Shown here one piece after another: positions 58,100 through 64,000 of a stretch of 64,000 bases of DNA. The translations under genes and the position numbers were made by a program. The stretch covers positions 1,024,001-1,088,000 of the forward strand of contig CBDBOV010000005.1 in NCBI GenBank assembly GCA_965208575.1, written 5' to 3'. This stretch comes from Spirochaetia bacterium. Its GTDB lineage: Bacteria > Spirochaetota > Spirochaetia > SZUA-6 > Bin103. Under the pieces are notes generated by a model. The model ran no database searches. It was not told where the DNA came from and saw nothing but the letters and a program-made list of their open reading frames with translations. Every line of letters begins with the position of its first letter. Within the stretch, counting starts at the first letter, position 1.

Positions 58100-59379
58100 G
58101 ACGACCGCCCGTGCAGGCGGCGCCGGAGTGCGCGTACCGCGGTCGCCACGCCATCCTCGCTCCTGATCCGGGCCCCTATCTCGGCGGCGCGGGCACGCAC
58201 CGAGGGATCGGAGGCGGCGCTGCACAACGCGTCAGCCAGCCGGTCGGCGGTGAGGCGCCGCCGCGGCACCGGCCGCGGCCCCACTGCCAGTTCGTGCACC
58301 CGGCTGCCCCAGAAGTGCTGATCGCCGAAGAACGGCACCACCACCTGCGGCACGCCGTGGCGCAGGCCGGTGGCGGTGGTGCCGGCGCCGCCGTGATGGA
58401 TCACCGCGGCCGTGCGCGGGAACAGCCAGTCGTGCGGTACCCAGTCGAGCATCAGCATGTCGGGTGGAAGTTGCGCCGGGGTGAGGCCGCCCCAGCCGGT
58501 GGCCAGCACGCCGCGCAGCCCGCAGCGGCGCAGCGCGCTGAACACGATACCGGTGAGATCCTCCTCGCCGTCGCTGCTCATGCTGCCGAATCCGACATAC
58601 ACCGGCGGTGCGCCGCCGGCGAGGAAGCGCTGCAACTGTGCATCCGGGCGCCAGCCGTCGCCGTCCTCGTCCAGGAACCAGTAGCCGGTCACCTGGACGT
58701 GGTCGTCCCAGTCGGCCGGGCGCGGCAGCACCGCCGGGCTGAACCCGTACAGCAGGAGACTGCCGCGCAGGTTGGACGCGAACGTGTGCCGGCGCGGCGC
58801 CGGAGGCAGCTCCAGGAGGTCGGCTCGTACCGCGTTGGTGGGCGCACGCAGCACGTGCCAGAGCAGAAACTCGACCAGCCGGTGACTGGCGTAATTGTAC
58901 GTGCGGCGCACCGGCGCCGGTCCCGGCAACTCGTGGAAGAACACCGACGGCAGGTACCCGCTCGGGGTGGCAGGCTGCAGGAACGCCGCGGCCAGCGGCA
59001 CCTCGAGCCGCTCCGCGAGGTTCCAGGCGGCGAAGTAACCGAGCAGTCCGGTCACGATTGCCTCGGCGTCGCGGCATGCCCGGAAGCAATCGTTCATCAG
59101 CTCCTGGCCGAAGGAGAGCGCGAGTTCGCGGAAGTGGCGGATGAACAACAGCGGGTTGGTGCCGCTGCGCACCCAGCCGCGGCCGAGGCGGCTGTCGATG
59201 ATGTCGCGTGGATTGACCTCGACGGCGCGGAAGCCGAGCCCGCGGTCGGTCACCATCCTCTCGAAATAGCGGTGCGTGGCGAAGATGACCTGTTCGCCGG
59301 CGCGGCTCAGACCCTCGGCGAGGGCGAGCAACGGACGAACGTCCCCGTGGGTGCCGAGAGCGACGACGCAGATGCGCAT
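58096..59379 (-). CDS. GT1 glycosyltransferase, sterol 3-beta-glucosyltransferase-like
   Basis: '[10 protein letters not shown]', '[15 protein letters not shown]', 'VTGYWFL', '[10 protein letters not shown]', 'PHDWLFP', 'IHHGGAGTT', '[10 protein letters not shown]'. Confidence 0.92.
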   Translation of the reverse strand: MRICVVALGTHGDVRPLLALAEGLSRAGEQVIFATHRYFERMVTDRGLGFRAVEVNPRDIIDSRLGRGWVRSGTNPLLFIRHFRELALSFGQELMNDCFRACRDAEAIVTGLLGYFAAWNLAERLEVPLAAAFLQPATPSGYLPSVFFHELPGPAPVRRTYNYASHRLVEFLLWHVLRAPTNAVRADLLELPPAPRRHTFASNLRGSLLLYGFSPAVLPRPADWDDHVQVTGYWFLDEDGDGWRPDAQLQRFLAGGAPPVYVGFGSMSSDGEEDLTGIVFSALRRCGLRGVLATGWGGLTPAQLPPDMLMLDWVPHDWLFPRTAAVIHHGGAGTTATGLRHGVPQVVVPFFGDQHFWGSRVHELAVGPRPVPRRRLTADRLADALCSAASDPSVRARAAEIGARIRSEDGVATAVRALRRRLHGRSS

Positions 59380-59498
59380 GCAGCAAGGTGCTCGCAACGC
59401 GAGCGCCGGCAGTATAGGGCGCGCGTTCCCCGCTCCGCAACGCCGAAGCAACGCGGCTGCCGAGCGGCCGTCGCGGCGCAGCGGTTACCCGCGCTTCC

Positions 59499-59527
59499 TT
59501 GACGATTCGCCGGGCGCAGGCTACCTT
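59499..59527 (+). promoter_or_regulatory. Sigma-70-type promoter of the DtxR-family gene
   Basis: TTGACG-N17-TACCTT, 22 nt upstream of GTG 59550. Confidence 0.55.
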
Positions 59528-59549
59528 GCAGACTCCGCGGGACTGCTGA

Positions 59550-60236
59550 GTGACACGCCCAAGTTCATCATCGACCGAAAACGAATACCTGATTCAGCTC
59601 TACATGCTGCTCCGCGAGGGCCGGCCGGTGATCGGCGCGCGCATCGCGGAGCGCATGGGGGTTTCTCCCCCCGCGGTGACGCAGGCAATGAAGCGCCTGG
59701 CGCAGCACGGGCTGGCGGTGCTCGATCCCGACGACGGCGTGCGCCTGACGCCGCGCGGGCGCGACCAGGCGGAGCGCACGATCCGCCGCCACTACCTGCT
59801 GGAGCGCCTGCTGGTCGACGAACTGGGATTCGACTGGGTCGAAGTGGACGAGGAGGCGGACCGGCTGGAGCATTCGCTGTCGCCGCGCCTGGAGGCGCAC
59901 CTGTTCGAACGTCTCGGGCGGCCTACCACCTGCCCGCACGGCAACCCGTTTCCCGGATCGCGCGACGAGCGCCGGCTGCTCGATGCGCGCCGCCTGTCGG
60001 AAGTGGAGGAGGGCGCAGTCATCACCATCCTGCGCATTACCGAGGAGGCGGAGGAGAACTCCGACCTGATGCGGCTCCTGTACACCAACCGGCTGCTGCC
60101 GGGCACCTCCGTCAAGCTGACGCAGGCAACCGACGAGGAGTTGGTCCTGGAGCGTTCCGGCACAGCCGGCGGCGCGGAGATGGTGACCATTTCGCAGGAT
60201 CTCGCGCGTTTCGTGCGCGTCGATGGGCCGGAGTAG
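59550..60236 (+). CDS. DtxR/MntR/IdeR family metal-dependent repressor
   Basis: 'TENEYL', HTH '[13 protein letters not shown]', '[10 protein letters not shown]', 'EADRLEH', '[11 protein letters not shown]', FeoA-like C-terminus. Confidence 0.93.
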   Translation: MTRPSSSSTENEYLIQLYMLLREGRPVIGARIAERMGVSPPAVTQAMKRLAQHGLAVLDPDDGVRLTPRGRDQAERTIRRHYLLERLLVDELGFDWVEVDEEADRLEHSLSPRLEAHLFERLGRPTTCPHGNPFPGSRDERRLLDARRLSEVEEGAVITILRITEEAEENSDLMRLLYTNRLLPGTSVKLTQATDEELVLERSGTAGGAEMVTISQDLARFVRVDGPE

Positions 60237-60247
60237 AGGACAACAGC

Positions 60248-61024
60248 ATGGAACCAACCAAGGTGGCGGTCATTACCGGTGCCGGCAGCGGAGTGGGGCA
60301 GGCGGCCGCGGTCACCCTGTACCGGAACGGCTTCGCGGTAGTGGTGGCTGGGCGCCGTGAGGCGGCGCTGCAGGACACCGTCGCGCAGATGTGCGCGGCC
60401 TGGAGTGGCCCGCCCGGCGACGCCCCGGGAACGCTGGCCGTGCCCACCGACGTGACCTCGCAGGACTCGGTACGGGCACTGTTCGCAGCCGCAACGGATG
60501 GCTACGGGCGCGTCGACGTGCTGTTCAACAACGCCGGCATCGGCGCCCCGGGCGTCCCGCTCGAAGAGCTTGAGCTGGCGGCGTGGCAGCGCGTGGTGGA
60601 CACCAACCTCACCGGTTCGTTCCTGTGTACCCAGGAGGCGGTGCGGATCATGAAGGCGCAGGATCCGCGCGGCGGACGCATCATCAACAACGGCTCCATT
60701 TCCGCGCATGTGCCGCGGCCCAACTCCACCCCCTACACCGCCACCAAGCACGCGATCACCGGATTGACCAAGTCGACGTCGCTCGACGGGCGGGCGTTCG
60801 ACATTGCCTGCGGCCAGATCGACATCGGCAACGCCGGCACGCCCATGACCGCGCGCATGGCGGAGGGAGTCGCGCAGCCGAGCGGCACCACCAGGGTGGA
60901 GCCCACCATGGACGTGCAGCACGTGGCCGACGCCGTGCTGTACATCGCCAACCTGCCGCTCGACACCAACGTCCCGTTCCTGACCGTGATGGCGAACACC
61001 ATGCCCTACATCGGCCGCGGCTGA
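60248..61024 (+). CDS. Classical SDR oxidoreductase
   Basis: 'ITGAGSGVG', 'LFNNAG', 'IINNGSISA', 'YTATKHA', '[10 protein letters not shown]'; GAGGA RBS. Confidence 0.93.
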   Translation: MEPTKVAVITGAGSGVGQAAAVTLYRNGFAVVVAGRREAALQDTVAQMCAAWSGPPGDAPGTLAVPTDVTSQDSVRALFAAATDGYGRVDVLFNNAGIGAPGVPLEELELAAWQRVVDTNLTGSFLCTQEAVRIMKAQDPRGGRIINNGSISAHVPRPNSTPYTATKHAITGLTKSTSLDGRAFDIACGQIDIGNAGTPMTARMAEGVAQPSGTTRVEPTMDVQHVADAVLYIANLPLDTNVPFLTVMANTMPYIGRG

Positions 61025-61039
61025 GCCGGGAGCGATTCG

Positions 61040-62146
61040 CTGGACGCCGCGCGCCCGTACGACGAGCTGGTCAGCTACATCGCGCTGTCGGCCCCCGCGA
61101 CGCGGCGCCCCGGCACCGGCGACGAGCCGTTTCTGCGCCCAGAGTTCGGCTTCACGCCCAAGTGGTACCGCGACGCCGTGGGTATCGACTTCGGCGCGCG
61201 CTGGCACACCGATCCCGAGTACCGCCGCTCCGCGCTGGTACGGATGGCGCGCGAAGTGCGGCGCCGCTTTCCGGGGCTGCCGATCGGCCGGGTGGAAGAT
61301 CCGGAGGCGCCGACCGACCTGCTGACCGGCGTCTACGGCGCGTCGTTCGTGGCGCTGCTGTACGGCATCCCGATCGAGTACCAGGAGGACAACTGGCCGT
61401 GGAGCGCGCGCGAGCATCTCGATGGCGAGGCGGTGGACCGGCTGCAGCCTCCCGACCTGGAGCGCAGCGCGGCGTTCGCGGAACTGATGGAGCAGGTGGA
61501 CTGGATCGAGCGCGAGACCGGCACCGTGCGCGGCTACCTCAACTGGCAGGGCGTGCTGAACAGCGCCTACCGCATCCGCGGCGAGGACCTGTTCCTGGAG
61601 ATGGTGCGCGAGCCGGACCGCGTGCACCACCTGTTGTCGTGCGTTGCCGCCACCATGATCGAGGGCGCGCAACGGCTGTACGCCCGGCAGCGCGAGGCGG
61701 GCGTGGACAACCGCCACTTCACGGTCAGCAACTGCCTGGTGAACATGGTGTCACCGAAGCACTACGAGCAGTTCCTGCTGGCGCACGACCGTCGCATCGC
61801 CGAGACCTTCGGCCTGATCGGCATCCACAACTGCGCCTGGAACGCCAACCCCTACCTGGACCACTACGCATCCGTGCCCGACGTGGCGTACGTCGACATG
61901 GGGCTCGACTCCGACCTGCCCAAGGCGCGCGCCCTGTTTCCCGCCGGCCGCCGCGCGCTCATGTACACGCCGATGGAGGTGCGCGACAAGAGCAGCGAGC
62001 AGTTGCGCGCCGACCTGGAAATGATCGCCGCCGAGTACGGCCCCTGCGACCTGGTGTTCGCCGACATCGAGTCCGGCACCCCGGACGAACGGGTGGCCGA
62101 GCTGGCCCGCATGTGCCAGGAAATCAGCGCCGCCAACGAGCCGTAG
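61040..62146 (+). CDS. Uroporphyrinogen decarboxylase/MtaA-like fold protein (start uncertain; candidate CTG at 61040)
   Basis: 'GVLNSAYRIRGEDLFLEM..EPD', 'MVSPKHYEQF', 'IHNC', 'GTPDE' are URO-D/cobamide-methyltransferase-like; coding-type sequence extends 46 codons upstream of the track's GTG 61178. Confidence 0.65.
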   Translation: MDAARPYDELVSYIALSAPATRRPGTGDEPFLRPEFGFTPKWYRDAVGIDFGARWHTDPEYRRSALVRMAREVRRRFPGLPIGRVEDPEAPTDLLTGVYGASFVALLYGIPIEYQEDNWPWSAREHLDGEAVDRLQPPDLERSAAFAELMEQVDWIERETGTVRGYLNWQGVLNSAYRIRGEDLFLEMVREPDRVHHLLSCVAATMIEGAQRLYARQREAGVDNRHFTVSNCLVNMVSPKHYEQFLLAHDRRIAETFGLIGIHNCAWNANPYLDHYASVPDVAYVDMGLDSDLPKARALFPAGRRALMYTPMEVRDKSSEQLRADLEMIAAEYGPCDLVFADIESGTPDERVAELARMCQEISAANEP

Positions 62147-62192
62147 ACGACCAGCCGGACACCCGGAACCCTTCCGTTCCGTGGCCGTCACC

Positions 62193-63494
62193 TCATCCCG
62201 CGATATCGAGCCGATGCGCCGCGTCGATGCGGGCGGCCACGGCACCCGGCACTCCTGCCTGCCCGGCGAACTCCGGCCAGCGCCGCACGGCCTCTCCGAC
62301 CTGGCCCAGAATGTCGGAGGCACGGCCACGCTGCATGGCGGCGTTGCGCGCGCAAGCGACGAAGTCGTCTGCCGCGAAGCGGTCGCGTTTGCCGTTCAGG
62401 GACATCTGGTGAACGCCGGTCCAGGATCCTGATGGGTTGTAGCTATAGGTGACGTCGAATGCGGGTGCGAGCGACCAGCGCCCCGACCGATCCATCAGGA
62501 ACGCGATGTTCTTGACGTGGTCGTCCTGGTTGCGAGCGACCACGTTGAACGCCATGCGGCGGAACTGCTCCTCCACTGCATCCTTGCCAAGCTCCAGTTG
62601 TTCGATCACGCGGAGCGCTTGCTCGTAGGAGTGGGCGCCGGCCTGGTTGAAGTCGAAGTGCGCCATCGCGCCGAGCGACAGCAGGTGAATCTTGTCGCCT
62701 GCCGCGGATCGGTCGAAGCGCCTGGTCATGAAGTGATCGCGTCCGCCCTCGCGCAGGATTCGGCACGCGGCCATGGTGATGCCCGCGGCTCGAGCCATCA
62801 GGTGATAAGCGTATTCGATCAGTCCGTATCCACGTGGATCCTCGAGCTCGCGGTCACGGTTCCCGGCTACCCCGTCGAACTTCAGCAGCCAGGAGGAGAA
62901 CCGGTCGCCGGCGGAGACCTGCCCGGAACGCACCTCGCCGGTGGTAGGATTCCAGGCGATGATCGCCTTGGCGCGGGCGCCGCCGGCCGAGGTACCCACG
63001 CGGAGGATGCTTTGCAGCGCCTGCTGCCGCCGGTGCGCCGTGAAGGAGCCGGCGAGACTCCTCCGGTTCGTGAGTATCTCACCCGCCAGTTCGACGAGAG
63101 CCGCCACCTCTACCGCGGACTGTCGATGGGCGGGGCCGGTGGCCGGCACGAACTCCAGGGCTCCCATGCCGCGTTCGCCGACGTAACAGAGCCGTTCCAC
63201 CGGATTGAAGTCGCCCGGAGCGCGACCCTGTGCGGCCAGCCAGGCGTCGATGAGTGCGTGGCCGAAGCGGTCGGGGAGCGAGTCGGCAAGCAGTCCCGGA
63301 AGTCCGTGGAACGTCTCCCGCGCCAGGGCGGGGAACGAGTAGATGCCGGCGGCCAGCGGCATCGTGAGCGGGGCAACCTGCCGGCCGCTTGGCAGAAAAT
63401 CCGGAGCGTACTCGAAGGCGGCGTAGCCACGTTCGTCATCCCAGGTCACGGCGCCGATCGTGGTACCCCACATGAGCGCTTCGGCCACCGTCAT
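62193..63494 (-). CDS. hipA: HipA-family kinase toxin
   Basis: N-terminal couple_hipA ('LADSLPD.FG', 'GERGMGALEF'), P-loop 'GTSAGGARAK', 'LLKFD', 'RRFDR', 'NQDDHVKN', 'LAPAFD'. Confidence 0.93.
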   Translation of the reverse strand: MTVAEALMWGTTIGAVTWDDERGYAAFEYAPDFLPSGRQVAPLTMPLAAGIYSFPALARETFHGLPGLLADSLPDRFGHALIDAWLAAQGRAPGDFNPVERLCYVGERGMGALEFVPATGPAHRQSAVEVAALVELAGEILTNRRSLAGSFTAHRRQQALQSILRVGTSAGGARAKAIIAWNPTTGEVRSGQVSAGDRFSSWLLKFDGVAGNRDRELEDPRGYGLIEYAYHLMARAAGITMAACRILREGGRDHFMTRRFDRSAAGDKIHLLSLGAMAHFDFNQAGAHSYEQALRVIEQLELGKDAVEEQFRRMAFNVVARNQDDHVKNIAFLMDRSGRWSLAPAFDVTYSYNPSGSWTGVHQMSLNGKRDRFAADDFVACARNAAMQRGRASDILGQVGEAVRRWPEFAGQAGVPGAVAARIDAAHRLDIAG

Positions 63495-63847
63495 GGCTCA
63501 TCGCCCCAGGTCCATGCCGCGGGGCGCTCACGGATGTGGGTGCCGCCCGGTGAGGACGCGCGGCGGCGCAGCTTGCCGCTCATTCTGAGCTGCTGCATCG
63601 GGCTCGCCGGCGGCTCGGGGACGAGGCCGTCGAGGTGCTCCAGCAACTTGAGGGCGCGCAGGATTCGGATCAGGCTGGAAGCCTGACACGACCTGCCCTG
63701 CTCCAGGCGCTGTACCGTCGGCGCCGAGACCCCCGCCTCGACAGCCAGCGCCGCCTGGGTGAGATTCCGGTTCAGCCGATGGCGCGCAATGCGGGCGCCC
63801 AGTTCCTGCATCGCGGCGGTGTCGTTGGTATGGTGGGTGATCCTCAT
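63491..63847 (-). CDS. XRE/HTH antitoxin (HipB-like)
   Basis: 'LGARIARHRLNRNLTQAALAVEAGVSAPTVQRLEQG'; ATGA overlap with hipA. Confidence 0.85.
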   Translation of the reverse strand: MRITHHTNDTAAMQELGARIARHRLNRNLTQAALAVEAGVSAPTVQRLEQGRSCQASSLIRILRALKLLEHLDGLVPEPPASPMQQLRMSGKLRRRASSPGGTHIRERPAAWTWGDEP

Positions 63848-64000
63848 AGTATAGCAATTCTGATAGGTTGCACGCCTTTCGCTTTCGTTAGCAACCATTT
63901 CTCATTCCTTATATGTTAGCTGAGCGCATCGGGTTGGATCAAGCCGAGGGGCGCTCTTAATACACCTAATTTGATAATTATAGGATCATATCAGTACTTA

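Noticed and set aside
61022-61024. Selenocysteine recoding of the in-frame TGA
   Set aside because: The SDR ends at what looks like its normal C-terminus (MPYIGRG) and no SECIS-like hairpin could be supported.
63972-63993. TGATA-N12-TATCA as a HipB operator
   Set aside because: Only 5-bp arms in AT-rich DNA at the window edge; not distinguishable from chance.

Overview
A 64-kb high-GC bacterial chromosome segment, densely coding, with many spurious antisense 'shadow' ORFs. The substrate-binding-protein signal peptides, beta-barrel OMPs, PhyH-HEAT fusion and Rpn remnant resemble host- (sponge-) associated Spirochaetaceae-type genomes; that origin is inference only. Contents: a carbohydrate ABC importer flanked by two beta-propeller glycosidase-like genes, a Dpp/Opp-type importer, malate synthase, ParDE- and HipBA-type toxin-antitoxin pairs, and a urea locus (urtABCDE-ureABC-[low-GC two-gene insert]-ureFG-ureD, no ureE) with a clear sigma-54 promoter. 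It also carries a Liv-type importer, assorted sugar oxidoreductases and an orphan cluster of DnaA boxes. The best candidate for an undescribed system is a putative glycolipid pathway at 50.3-59.4 kb. It combines a fused OleA/LstAB-like didomain condensing enzyme (one active, one catalytically dead domain), an OleD-like reductase, a LuxE/LuxC-like acid-reducing pair without luciferase, a second extended SDR and a sterol-type GT1. A possibly linked tailoring/export block lies at 30.7-37.0 kb (PIG-L deacetylase, paralogous GT1, GNAT, MMPL, GT2). The second candidate is a low-GC unknown-protein + PIN-nuclease cassette sitting where ureE normally lies. No rRNA, tRNA, CRISPR array or intact transposase was recognised. 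All functional calls come from motif recognition by eye, with no database searches.
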